From: Myxococcales bacterium UBA1203
Lineage (GTDB): Bacteria > Myxococcota > Myxococcia > Myxococcales > UBA5297
Assembly: GCA_002309695.1 (NCBI GenBank)
Contig: DBXV01000004.1
Coordinates: 36,458 to 100,457 of the forward strand
Reading direction: 5' to 3'
Length of the DNA: 64,000 bases
The notes beneath the pieces were generated by a model. It was given only the letters and a program-made list of their open reading frames with translations, had not been told where the DNA came from and made no database searches. Position 1 is the stretch's first letter, and the number at the start of each line of letters is the position of its first letter. Shown piece by piece: positions 44,562 to 54,095 of this stretch. A program made the translations under genes and the position numbers.

Positions 44562-46262
44562 ATGTCCTCCAGAACTTCCGCATCGCTCCTCGCGCTCGGG
44601 CTCTGTGCCTTCCTCGCCGCCTGCTCATCGGAAAAAACAGAGGACGCCCCCGACGCGTCGCTGCCGCCACTGGTTCTCCCCGACGGCGGCTGTGTCCCGC
44701 GCGCGTTGTGTCCCGACGAATTTGAGTGCGGCGAAATGGACGACGGCTGCGGCGGAAAGCTCTCGTGCGGCACATGCGGCGGCATCCGCGAATGCAGCGA
44801 GCATGTCTGCTCCGAATGCGTCCCCGTGACGACCTGCGAGAGCGAGGGGCGGGTGTGCGGCAAACTGACCGACGAATGCGGCGACACTGTGGACTGCGGC
44901 GGCTGCGACACGGGCGAAAGATGCAGCGACAGCGGCGACGCGTGCGAGCCCTGCACTCCCCTCGAATGCGGAAGTCTCCCGGCTGAGGTCTGCGGCGAAA
45001 TGGATGACGGCTGCGGCGGGACGATCTCGTGCGGGTGCCAGGCGAATTACCGCTGCGAGGACAGCGCCTGCGAGCTCTGCCCCGACTACGGCTGCGCGGA
45101 CTTCGGCGCCGAGTGCGGAGCTGTCGATGAGGGCTGCAGCCGCGAACCGCTGTTCTGCGGGGAATGCACTGAGGACGGCCAAAGCTGCGTGAACAACAAG
45201 TGCGTCTTCTGCACCCCCGGAACGGCTCAGGAGCGCTGCGCTTTGGCTGGCGCCCAGTGCGGAACGGTGAGCGACGGCTGCGGCGGCACAGTGGACTGCG
45301 GACTCTGCGGCGCGCCTGATTCGTGCGTGAACGGCGCCTGCATCTGCGTGCCCGTCACCTGCGAGGAGCAGGGCGTGACCTGCGGCGAGGCCTACGACGG
45401 CTGCGGGCACTTCATTCAGTGCGGGCCCGCCTGCGCTGACGCTGAAAGCGCCGTGATCCGCCTGGTGACGGGCAACATCACAAGCGGGAATCACCAGTCG
45501 TACGACGAGGGACACGGCCTGCGCATTTTCCGCGGCCTGAAGCCTCAGATTGCCCTCGTTCAGGAGTTCAACTTCGGCAGCTGCAGTGCCCGCGACCTCC
45601 GGCAGATGGTGATTCAGGGCTTCGGCGAACGCTTTTTCCACGTCGTTCAGAGCCGGAGCGATGTCGTCACCATCCCCAACGGCATCGTCAGCTACTACCC
45701 CATCAAGTCCTGGGGGATTCTGAAGGACATCACTCTCGACGAGCGCGACCACGTCTGGGCCCGCATCGACATTCCCGGCAAAGCCGACCTCTGGGCCGTC
45801 AGCATCCACTTCTCGACCAAGAGCGAGAAGCGCCAGAAGAGCATCGCCGATCTCGTGGAGCGGCTGGACGAACTGGGCATTCCCAAGGGCGACTTCGTGG
45901 CCGTCGGCGGCGACTTCAACACGACGAGCCGCACCCAGGACAAGGGGCTCGCGTTCCTCGACAACACGGGGCTCATCGTCCTCGACACGGATGACGACTG
46001 TCCCATCGACCAGAGCGGCAACGACAACACCAACGGCTCGCGGCAGAAGGACTACGACGCGATTTACACGAGTCAGAACCTCAAGGATTTGCAGACGCCG
46101 GTGGTCATCAGCGGCGCCCAGAATCTGACGGAGCGGGGGCTCGTCTTTGACAGCCGCGTCTTCACGCCGCTCTCGGCCGTTTCGCCCGTGAAGAAGAATG
46201 ACAGCGGCGCCAGCAACGTGCAGCACATGGCCGTGGTGAAGGACTACGCCATTCCCAGATAG
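44562..46262 (+). CDS. lipoprotein with ~7 Cys-rich repeats fused to an endonuclease/exonuclease/phosphatase (EEP) domain
   Basis: ATG 44562 (MSSRTSASLLALGLCAFLAAC, lipobox). Repeats of E/DCGxxDDGCGGTxxCGxC. C-terminal half has EEP motifs (VTGNITSGN..., AVSIHFSTKSE, AVGGDFNT). In the track this gene is fused to a long antisense shadow ORF (42609..46262). Confidence 0.8.
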   Translation: MSSRTSASLLALGLCAFLAACSSEKTEDAPDASLPPLVLPDGGCVPRALCPDEFECGEMDDGCGGKLSCGTCGGIRECSEHVCSECVPVTTCESEGRVCGKLTDECGDTVDCGGCDTGERCSDSGDACEPCTPLECGSLPAEVCGEMDDGCGGTISCGCQANYRCEDSACELCPDYGCADFGAECGAVDEGCSREPLFCGECTEDGQSCVNNKCVFCTPGTAQERCALAGAQCGTVSDGCGGTVDCGLCGAPDSCVNGACICVPVTCEEQGVTCGEAYDGCGHFIQCGPACADAESAVIRLVTGNITSGNHQSYDEGHGLRIFRGLKPQIALVQEFNFGSCSARDLRQMVIQGFGERFFHVVQSRSDVVTIPNGIVSYYPIKSWGILKDITLDERDHVWARIDIPGKADLWAVSIHFSTKSEKRQKSIADLVERLDELGIPKGDFVAVGGDFNTTSRTQDKGLAFLDNTGLIVLDTDDDCPIDQSGNDNTNGSRQKDYDAIYTSQNLKDLQTPVVISGAQNLTERGLVFDSRVFTPLSAVSPVKKNDSGASNVQHMAVVKDYAIPR

Positions 46263-46299
46263 CCCGGCCCGCAGCAGACAAACCGTTCCCTTCCCAAAG

Positions 46300-46332
46300 C
46301 TCTCCCCTCCTCGCGCAGGGGAGGGCTTTTTC
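46300..46332 (+). terminator. rho-independent terminator after the EEP gene
   Basis: ctcccctcctcgcgcaggggagggcttttt. Confidence 0.6.
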
Positions 46333-46514
46333 ATTTTCTTTTTGCGCCGTGCGCTCCGCTGTCGAAGGTCCCCCCATTTGAGGTGTGGAAAACAAAAAGC
46401 GCTGTGCTAGAGAGCGCGCCCCGTTCGCCGGGGGACGAATAAATTCTCTGTAATTTCAATAAGTTAGACCATCTCAGGCGCATGTTTGGCGCCTTCTGTG
46501 GCGAGGCGGCGCAC

Positions 46515-46952
46515 ATGGCACTTTCAGGCAAGGACCGAAGATTTCTGCGGGCACTGGGTCATCACCTCAAACCAGTGGTGCAGGTGGGCAAGGACGGCGT
46601 CAGCGACGCTGCCGCCAAGGCCGCGGATCAGGCCCTTCGGGACCACGAGCTCATCAAGGTCAAAGTCGGCGAAAGCTGCCCGCTGGAGAGGCAGGAGGCC
46701 GCTGAGGCGCTGGCCCAGGCTACGGGTGCCGAGATTGCCCAGCTTCTGGGCCGCACGATTCTTCTCTATCGGCCTGACCCGGAAGAGCCCGGCATCCGGC
46801 TGCCCAAAGCGCCGTCCGGCGAGGCGGGGAACGAGATGAATCAGGCTGAAAAAAAAGCCGCGCCCGCTGCCGAGAAGCATTCGCCCGCGCCCGTCCGTCA
46901 GCCCCGGCGCGGACGCCTGCCGCACCGCTCGTCCAAAAACGCTCTTCGCTGA
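46515..46952 (+). CDS. yhbY: YhbY/CRS1 (CRM-domain) RNA-binding protein with a ~50-aa basic C-terminal extension
   Basis: MALSGKDRRFLRALGHHLKPVVQVGKDGVSDAAAKAADQALRDHELIKVKV...LLGRTILLYRP parallels E. coli YhbY almost position by position. Confidence 0.8.
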   Translation: MALSGKDRRFLRALGHHLKPVVQVGKDGVSDAAAKAADQALRDHELIKVKVGESCPLERQEAAEALAQATGAEIAQLLGRTILLYRPDPEEPGIRLPKAPSGEAGNEMNQAEKKAAPAAEKHSPAPVRQPRRGRLPHRSSKNALR

Positions 46953-47025
46953 ACTGCCTCATCGGCCCGCTGTGCGGCTTCCTCCCGTTTTCAGCCGGAG
47001 CGGGCCGCCGCGAGGTTCCCACGCC

Positions 47026-47937
47026 ATGACAGACACCAAGGACCCATTGGCTCAGTCCGACCTGCACAACGCCAGGGGCATCGAGCTGGCCGACCGGGGA
47101 TGGCTCGACGAGGCGGCCAATGAATTTCGCAAGGCCATCGAGCTGGACCCGAAAAGCGCCCACGCCCACGACAATCTGGCCACCGTTCATGCGGAGAAGG
47201 GGCGCTACCGCGAGGCGCTGACCGAGTACCTGACCGCTCTGGAACTGGAGCCGGACAGCCCCACTGCCCACTACAACCTGGCCTGCTTTCTCTCGTCCCA
47301 CTCGCTGGACATGGCCGTCAGCGAATATCAGCGGGCGATTGAGGAAGAGCCCGGCTACCGGGACGCTCACGTCAATCTGGGAATCACCTACGCCGACATG
47401 GGCAAATACGACGAGGCGAAGGAATCGCTGAAAACCGCCATCAGTCTGGAGCCGGACGACACTTTTGCCCGTCTGGAACTGGCCGACCTCTACATGGACG
47501 ACGACGAGCTCCGCGACGCCATCGCGCAGCTCAAGGATGTCACCCGCATCGACCCCAACGAATACGAGGGCTTCCTCAATCTGGGCATCTGCTACGCCCA
47601 GAAGGGTTTCTACGCCGAGGCCGAGCGCTGCTACCTGCGGGCCCTCGAACTGAACGCGCAGGAAGCGCTGATTCCCTACAATCTGTCGGCGCTCTACGCG
47701 CTCTGGGGACGCCCGGACGACTGCATCCGCTTCATGCGTCAGGCCGTGGTTCTCTCGCGGGATGAGGTCCTCGCCTGGCTGGCCGAGGACAACATGTTCG
47801 ACGCTGTCCGGGAGCTTCCCGAATTTCAGGCGAGCCTGACCGCCGTGCCCGAAGGCGCCGGCGCGGCAGACGGAAGCTCCGACGAAGATGATGACGCCGC
47901 CGGGGACGCTGATTCGCCGGAACCGCTGACCAAATGA
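47026..47937 (+). CDS. TPR-repeat protein
   Basis: 6-7 consecutive 34-aa TPR units (AHAHDNLATVHAEKGRYREALTEYLTALELEPD...). The track start is GTG 46972; the first ATG is 47026 (MTDTKDP). Confidence 0.7.
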   Translation: MTDTKDPLAQSDLHNARGIELADRGWLDEAANEFRKAIELDPKSAHAHDNLATVHAEKGRYREALTEYLTALELEPDSPTAHYNLACFLSSHSLDMAVSEYQRAIEEEPGYRDAHVNLGITYADMGKYDEAKESLKTAISLEPDDTFARLELADLYMDDDELRDAIAQLKDVTRIDPNEYEGFLNLGICYAQKGFYAEAERCYLRALELNAQEALIPYNLSALYALWGRPDDCIRFMRQAVVLSRDEVLAWLAEDNMFDAVRELPEFQASLTAVPEGAGAADGSSDEDDDAAGDADSPEPLTK

Positions 47938-48833
47938 GGGCTGACGACGTGTCTGGCATTCGGCGAGTGGGCTTTGTGGTGAACGTGCAGAAGGGCAGGT
48001 CCGCCGAACTGACGGCCAGCCTGACGGCCATCCTCCGCAAGCGGGGCATCGAATTTTTCTGCGAGGCGGAAAACGCCGAGATGCTGGGAATGCCGGGCGC
48101 GGGCGCGGACAGCTTTCAGTCGGCCGATCTGTGCGTGGTCCTGGGCGGCGACGGGACGATGCTCCGCGCCTCGCGGATTCTGGGGAACAGCGAGGTGCCG
48201 CTCCTGGGCATCCATCTGGGGTCACTGGGCTTCCTGATGGAGAACATGGCGGACGAGGCCAAAGCGGCTCTGGACAGCGCGCTGACCGGCGACATCGAGG
48301 TCACGCCCCGCCTCCGCCTGCGCGTCCGCGTGTTTTCCGGATTCGAAGACGAGCGCGTCTCTCCCGAGCCCCGCTACGACGTGCTGGCGCTGAATGAGGC
48401 CACCGTCAGCCGCGGTCTTCTCTCGCGCATCATCGAGCTGAAAACCTGCATCGATGGCTTTCCCGTCACCTGCTACCGCGCCGACGGCGTCATCATTTCT
48501 TCGCCCACGGGCTCCACGGGCTATTCGCTGTCCGCCGGAGGTCCCATTCTGGCGCCCTCGCTGGATGCCATCGCCGTCACGCCCATCTGCCCGCACACCC
48601 TGGCCCAGCGCCCGCTCGTCATTCCCGGCGGAAGCCACATTGAGCTGACGCTCCTGCCCGGGTCCTCGGAAGTCATCCTCTCGATTGACGGCCAGCAGAG
48701 CTGCCCGCTGGAGGCCTTCGACCGCATCCGCATCGAGGCCGCTGCCACCCGGACGCTCATCGTCCGCAACCGCAACGTGGACTTCTTCTCCATTCTCCGC
48801 TCCCGCCTGGGCTGGGGCGGCGGCAGGCGCTGA
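47934..48833 (+). CDS. nadK: NAD(+) kinase
   Basis: GGDGTML motif, NEATVSRG, DGVIISSPTGSTGYSLSAGGPIL. ATGA overlap with the TPR gene stop. Confidence 0.88.
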   Translation: MRADDVSGIRRVGFVVNVQKGRSAELTASLTAILRKRGIEFFCEAENAEMLGMPGAGADSFQSADLCVVLGGDGTMLRASRILGNSEVPLLGIHLGSLGFLMENMADEAKAALDSALTGDIEVTPRLRLRVRVFSGFEDERVSPEPRYDVLALNEATVSRGLLSRIIELKTCIDGFPVTCYRADGVIISSPTGSTGYSLSAGGPILAPSLDAIAVTPICPHTLAQRPLVIPGGSHIELTLLPGSSEVILSIDGQQSCPLEAFDRIRIEAAATRTLIVRNRNVDFFSILRSRLGWGGGRR

Positions 48834-48884
48834 TTCGTCACGGGCATTCCCCGGCGCTCAGCGCCCTGTCCGAAAGTCCATCGC

Positions 48885-50600
48885 ATGATTACTGAACTCA
48901 GGATTCGGAACCTCGCCATTGTCGAGTCCGCGGACATCCGCTTCGACGGCGGCTTCAACGTCATCACCGGCGAGACCGGCGCAGGCAAATCGCTTCTGGT
49001 GGATGCCCTGCACCTGATTCTCGGCGGACGCGCCAGCACCGACCTGATTCGCACCGGCGAGCGCGAGGCCTCGGTGGAGGCTTTTTTTGAGGGGCTGGAC
49101 GGCAGCGGCATCCGCGGCCTGCTCGACGAGATGGGGCTCCCGGACGAGGAGAACGGCGAGCTGCTGGTCCGGCGGACGGTGAACGCTCAGGGCAAGAGCC
49201 GCGTCTGGCTGAACGGCGCTCTGGCCACTGTCGGGCAGCTGGAAAAGCTCTCGCGGTTCCTCGTGGACATCAGCGGTCAGCACGAACACGTCAGCCTGCT
49301 GAGGCCGGAGCTGCACCTCGGACTCCTCGACGCTTTCGCGGGCACCGGCGAACAGCTGAATCACTTTCGCGAGGCGTTCGATGCGCTTCTGGCCCGGAAA
49401 AAAGAGCGCGATGTCCTGGCCAGTGACGACGCGGCCCGTGCCGACAGATGCGGCTGGCTGAAATTCCAGCTGGAAGAGCTGGATGCCGTGGACCCCAAAC
49501 CGGGCGAGCTGGAAGAGCTGGAACAGCAGCGGCGCTCTCTCGAATCGGTGGAAAAGCAGCGGCGGATGCTGAGTGAGGCAGACGCCCTGATTTATTCGGG
49601 TGACGGGTGTGCCCTGGGGCAGGTCACCGCCGCCTGCGCGGCCCTGAAAGCTATCGCCGACGTGTCGCCCGAAGCGGCCGCCTGGGAAAAATCGCTCGAT
49701 GAGATTCGCCTGGAGCTGAGCGAGCTGGCGCGGGACGTGGCCCGGCACAGCGGGGGACTCAATGAGGACCCGGAGGCGCTGGAACACGTCATTGAGCGCG
49801 AGGAGGACATCCGGCGGCTGACGCGCAAGCACGGCGGCACAGTGGAGGAGGTTCTGGCCCGGCGCGGGCGCATGCGGGAGGAGCTGGACAGCCTCGAACG
49901 CCGGGATGAGCGGCTGGAGGAACTGGACGCGGACATCCGGAAGCTGACAGCGGAAGCGCTGACGCGGGCCCGTGCGCTGTCCGAGGCGCGGCGCGCGGCG
50001 GCGAAGACCTTTGCCGAAGCCGTTGAGAACGAGCTGAAAAAGCTGGCCATGGAGCGGACGGTTTTTGAAGCAGCGCTCACGCCCTGTCAGGCCGGGACCG
50101 GTGCCATGCCGCTGGAAGGCGGCGGCTTTCTGACCCGCGCCGGACTGGAAAACGGTGAATTTCTCATCGCGCCCAATGCCGGCGAAACGATTCGGCCGCT
50201 CGCCCGCATTGCCTCCGGCGGCGAGCTGTCCCGCGTCATGCTGGCCATCAAGCGCGTCCTGGCCCGGGCTGATCCCGTCTTCACCTATGTCTTTGACGAA
50301 GTGGATACCGGCATGAGCGGCGCGGCTGCGGACGCTGTGGGCCGTCTGCTTCAGGAGGTCTCGCTGGGGCGGCAAATCATCGTCATCACGCACCTGCCCC
50401 AGATTGCCGCCTTCGGGACGCGCCACTTCACCGTCAGCAAGGAGTCCTCGGACGACGGCCGCGTGCGCACCAGAATCGAACCTCTGGACGAGGGCGGCCG
50501 CGAGCGCGAGCTGGCGCGGATGCTGGCGGGAAGCCACGTCACCGAAGCCGCTCTGGTCAACGCCCGGGCCATGCTCAGGGCGTGCGCCGCCGGCGTCTGA
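48885..50600 (+). CDS. recN: DNA repair protein RecN
   Basis: MITELRIRNLAIVESADIRFDGGFNVITGETGAGKSLLVDAL (SMC-like Walker A), long coiled-coil, C-terminal Walker B region. Conserved nadK-recN order. Confidence 0.9.
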   Translation: MITELRIRNLAIVESADIRFDGGFNVITGETGAGKSLLVDALHLILGGRASTDLIRTGEREASVEAFFEGLDGSGIRGLLDEMGLPDEENGELLVRRTVNAQGKSRVWLNGALATVGQLEKLSRFLVDISGQHEHVSLLRPELHLGLLDAFAGTGEQLNHFREAFDALLARKKERDVLASDDAARADRCGWLKFQLEELDAVDPKPGELEELEQQRRSLESVEKQRRMLSEADALIYSGDGCALGQVTAACAALKAIADVSPEAAAWEKSLDEIRLELSELARDVARHSGGLNEDPEALEHVIEREEDIRRLTRKHGGTVEEVLARRGRMREELDSLERRDERLEELDADIRKLTAEALTRARALSEARRAAAKTFAEAVENELKKLAMERTVFEAALTPCQAGTGAMPLEGGGFLTRAGLENGEFLIAPNAGETIRPLARIASGGELSRVMLAIKRVLARADPVFTYVFDEVDTGMSGAAADAVGRLLQEVSLGRQIIVITHLPQIAAFGTRHFTVSKESSDDGRVRTRIEPLDEGGRERELARMLAGSHVTEAALVNARAMLRACAAGV

Positions 50601-50759
50601 ACCCGCAAACGAAGCGGGCCTTTTCCCCCTCCGGAGCCCGGGTTGACGCTGTGGGGGCCGTGAAGTAACCCGCCGCGCCTTTTTCGGACCCGCCCTGTTC
50701 CAGTGGGCCGTCCGATGCCGGAACCCACCCGGTTCCACATTCCAGAATCGAGGAGCCAA

Positions 50760-50963
50760 ATGAGCAAAGCCACCGATGCCGATGTTTTCGACAAGCGCGT
50801 CGTCAATCGCCTCATCCAGAACGGAACCATCACTGAGGCCGACTACAAAAAGCACCTGAAAGGCCTGCCCGACCGGGCCAAGGATGCCCTCCCCCTCGAA
50901 GCCCGGCTGGAAGAGACCGACCTCTCCACCTATCTGACCGGCAAGGACAAAGAGAAAGACTGA
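50760..50963 (+). CDS. small hypothetical protein (67 aa)
   Basis: ATG 50760 with a GAGGAG RBS. Charged and helical. No family recognised. Confidence 0.4.
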   Translation: MSKATDADVFDKRVVNRLIQNGTITEADYKKHLKGLPDRAKDALPLEARLEETDLSTYLTGKDKEKD

Positions 50964-51169
50964 GGTCAAAGGCTTTGAGGCCGACGGACGTGCGCCGCCT
51001 CTTCGGGGCGCAGCCGAAAAGCCGAGGCCATTGGCAGCAAATCAGGGCCGTTCCGGAACGCCGTCCGCGGCGATGCCAGGACGGCCCGTGTTGTATGGAC
51101 CGGGCGCTTTTTCAGGCGGCTTTCGTTCCCTCCCTCACATCGCGCCCGCGCATCCATGCGGAGTGACCC

Positions 51170-51634
51170 ATGAGTGACGACACCGAAGGCAAGGGATTTC
51201 AGGTCAACGACCGGCGCATCAAATTCGATGAGAACGAGGCCGGTGCGGCCGCTTCCGATACGGCGAATGGCGGCGCGGCCACATCATCGGCTGCATCGGG
51301 GAACACCTCTTCCGGCGGCAGCAGAACGGTCGAGGGACCGGGCTGGAAGATGGAGCACCAGGACGAAAAAAAGCCCTCTGACCAGCTGCCGCCCATGGAT
51401 TTCACCCACTTCTGCCTGTCCCTGGCCGGGTCAGCGCTCATCAATCTGGGCGACGCCGCCAGTCCCGAGTCGGGCAAGACCGAGTCTGACCTGAACATGG
51501 CCCGGCAGACCATCGACATTCTGGCGATGCTGGAAGCGAAGACGCAGGGCAACCTCACGGAAGACGAGTCCAAGCTCCTGTCCACTGTCCTCTACGACCT
51601 GAGGATGCGCTTCCTCAGCAAGTCCAGGCCTTAA
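51170..51634 (+). CDS. DUF1844 domain protein
   Basis: C-terminal DFTHFCLSLAGSALINLG...NLTEDESKLLSTVLYDLRMRFL resembles DUF1844. Gly/Ser/Ala-rich N-terminal half. Confidence 0.55.
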   Translation: MSDDTEGKGFQVNDRRIKFDENEAGAAASDTANGGAATSSAASGNTSSGGSRTVEGPGWKMEHQDEKKPSDQLPPMDFTHFCLSLAGSALINLGDAASPESGKTESDLNMARQTIDILAMLEAKTQGNLTEDESKLLSTVLYDLRMRFLSKSRP

Positions 51635-51721
51635 CCCGCCGACAGCTTCGTCCACGCAATGACGCTTTGGCCCAAGCCACAGACCGCCCTCCACACCTGA
51701 AAGCCTCCCGACGGCCATCCC

Positions 51722-52801
51722 ATGTCACTTCCGCTCCTCATGCTTTCGGCCGCACTGGCCGCCGCGCCCTCGGGAAGCAGGGCTCCCGCGTCCATCGACA
51801 TCGCCTGGGTGCAGCGCCGCTCGCAGCGATCGGCGGCCCTCATTCTGCGCGAGGCGGACAGCCGTCTGATGGCCCGCTGCTTCGACCCCGAAGGCCTGGA
51901 CCCGGATGAGGTGGAGCGGACTTCCGAAGCGATGACCGGCACAGAGGTTTCCCTGTTTCTGGGGCCGCGCCGCATCGCGCGGGGAGAAATCACCGGCGTG
52001 GAGACGGCCGCGGACCCGCTTCTGCCCTGCGCCGTCACTGTTCTGGCCGACTTCGACAGGCCGCTTCCCATTCTGGCGAGAGGCGACGTTCTCTGGGCCA
52101 CCAACCGGGCTCTGGGTTCCACGCCGCGCGAACCCGTTCGTCCCGAAGTCGTGGAGCGCGCCCGCGCGGCTCTTCCTGAAAAACTGAATCAGGCGTGCCT
52201 GTCGCAGAAGAGCGTTGCCCGCCGGGGGACCAAGCGCGGCACCTATGTCGGCTTCACCTGCCCCATGGACAGCGCCGTCAGTTCCGCCGTGGTCTTCGTT
52301 CCCAAATCCGGCCAGCCGGACGCGGCGCCGCGGCTGGTCCTCACGGAAGCCGGCGATTACGGGACGCTCAGTCTGGTGGAAGTGCTCGACCCGCGTTCCG
52401 AGAAGGGCCACCGGCTCGTGATGCTTCGGGAATGGGACGAGATTGAGCTCAGGCGCCTAGAAATCTGGGACGACGACGGAACTTCTGCGCGGACGGCTGC
52501 CTCCGAAGCGCTGGCCGAAGACATGATGTTTCTCGCGGGTGAAGACGCGCGCCGGCGCCGTGCCGCTCCTTTTGGAGACGCTTTTGACACCGATGGCGGG
52601 GGCGACGACGCGGCTGCTTCAGTTTCTTCCGAGGAAGAGCTGCCGCCCGGAACCATCGAAGGACTGCCCATCCGCCTGATGCCGAATGACGGAAGCGGTA
52701 CGGGGACGCCTTCGGAGCGGACCAATGCCGCCGGGGATGGAGACGCTTCCACGAACTGGCAGTCGGAGCCGCCGATGTCCGTTCCGACACAGCAGAATTG
52801 A
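51722..52801 (+). CDS. hypothetical secreted protein with acidic C-terminal tail
   Basis: Signal-like N-terminus MSLPLLMLSAALAAAPSG. Long ORF in a compact region. No family recognised. Confidence 0.45.
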   Translation: MSLPLLMLSAALAAAPSGSRAPASIDIAWVQRRSQRSAALILREADSRLMARCFDPEGLDPDEVERTSEAMTGTEVSLFLGPRRIARGEITGVETAADPLLPCAVTVLADFDRPLPILARGDVLWATNRALGSTPREPVRPEVVERARAALPEKLNQACLSQKSVARRGTKRGTYVGFTCPMDSAVSSAVVFVPKSGQPDAAPRLVLTEAGDYGTLSLVEVLDPRSEKGHRLVMLREWDEIELRRLEIWDDDGTSARTAASEALAEDMMFLAGEDARRRRAAPFGDAFDTDGGGDDAAASVSSEEELPPGTIEGLPIRLMPNDGSGTGTPSERTNAAGDGDASTNWQSEPPMSVPTQQN

Positions 52802-52805
52802 CGGG

Positions 52806-53252
52806 TCAGTCGCCGCTCTGAGTGGCGATGGCCAGATTCGTCAGTCCCCTGGCGCGGGCGGACTCCATGACCTCCACTACCCGCCCGTGCGGCACATTTT
52901 TGTCCGCCTGGAGAATCACCGTGGTCTGACTGGAGACGCGAAACGCGGATTCAAACAGCTCCGACAGTCCGCTCTCGTCGAGATCGCGCCCGCCGCTGAC
53001 CACGCGGCCATCTTCGAGAATGGCGACAATCAGGTCGTTCTCGCTCCCCACATCGTCCGCGGCGGTCCCCTTGCCCGGCAGATTCACGTTGACGCCCGTC
53101 TGGCCGCCGGCCTCCACGATGGCCGAGCTGGTGACCATGAAAATAATCAGCAGCACCAGAAAGATGTCGGTGAGCGGCGTGATGTTGATTTCGGCCACCA
53201 CGCCGTCGTCGATGAAATCATCGCCGCTGTCCTGACGATTGCCCGCTGCCAT
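52806..53252 (-). CDS. exbD: ExbD/TolR biopolymer transport protein
   Basis: ATG 53252 (MAAGNRQDSGDDFIDDGVVAEINITPLTDIFLVLLIIFMVTS...): the ExbD N-terminal TM pattern plus periplasmic domain. Immediately follows the exbB stop. Confidence 0.8.
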   Translation of the reverse strand: MAAGNRQDSGDDFIDDGVVAEINITPLTDIFLVLLIIFMVTSSAIVEAGGQTGVNVNLPGKGTAADDVGSENDLIVAILEDGRVVSGGRDLDESGLSELFESAFRVSSQTTVILQADKNVPHGRVVEVMESARARGLTNLAIATQSGD

Positions 53253-53253
53253 T

Positions 53254-54009
53254 TCAGCCCGCCTCCGGCGCTGATGCCGAAGCAGAAGCCGGCGCCGGGG
53301 CAGCTGATGAGGGCTCCGACGCACCGGAGGAAGGCGAAGGAGCAGCCGACGCTCCCGGCGTGCCGCCGCTTCGCTCAGGCGCGGGCAAATCGGCCAGAAG
53401 CTCGCAGAACTCCTCGGAGAGAAGTTTCAGCTCCGCCGAGATGTTCCCCAGACGCGCCTGAAAAAAATTGAAGAAGACCACCGCCTCGATGGCCACGGCG
53501 ATGCCGCTGGCTGTGGCGATGAGTGCCTGGGAAATGCCGGCCGCCACCACCGCGAAGCCGCCCGTCCCCGACTCAGCCATGGAGGAAAAGGCGCTCATAA
53601 TGCCGACGACGGTGCCGAAGAGGCCGATGAAGGGGGCGATGGTGCCGATGGTGCCGATGGCCCACAGACGGCGCTTGAGCGTCAGAACGCGGGACAGCCG
53701 CTCCCGGTCCACAACCGACTCAAAGCCGCGCCCGCCCTTCTGACGCCAGCGGGCAAAGCCGGCCAGATAGATGTCGGCCGCGAAGGCCTTGCTGCGGGCC
53801 GCCAGCTGCTCCGCGCTCACCGCATCCCCGCGCAAAAGTTCTCTGCTCACCGCGTCATGCAGCGCTTTGGCATCCGCGACGACGCGCCGCATGGCCAGCA
53901 GCCGCTCAATCGCCAGCGTCAGGGCAATGACCGAGGCGAGTGCGATGAAAACCAGCGTGCCGCCGCCGTGGGTCACCAGACCGATGAGCTCTTCCCGGGT
54001 CATGTTCAT
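53254..54009 (-). CDS. exbB: MotA/TolQ/ExbB proton-channel protein
   Basis: Three TM helices; IGTIAPFIGLFGTVVGIMSAF and GGFAVVAAGISQALIATASGIAVAI are TolQ/ExbB signatures. Ser/Ala/Pro-rich C-terminal tail. Confidence 0.8.
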   Translation of the reverse strand: MNMTREELIGLVTHGGGTLVFIALASVIALTLAIERLLAMRRVVADAKALHDAVSRELLRGDAVSAEQLAARSKAFAADIYLAGFARWRQKGGRGFESVVDRERLSRVLTLKRRLWAIGTIGTIAPFIGLFGTVVGIMSAFSSMAESGTGGFAVVAAGISQALIATASGIAVAIEAVVFFNFFQARLGNISAELKLLSEEFCELLADLPAPERSGGTPGASAAPSPSSGASEPSSAAPAPASASASAPEAG

Positions 54010-54095
54010 GGTGTGCCGAGGAAACTGAAAAGCGGCCCTCCCAAATTCAGGGAAGGCCGCTTCAAACTGCCAAAACGCACAAAGGCCCTGGAAAA

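Noticed and set aside
48858-50969. 703-aa minus-strand ORF spanning recN
   Set aside because: Opposite strand of a clear RecN gene. No motifs. Shadow ORF.
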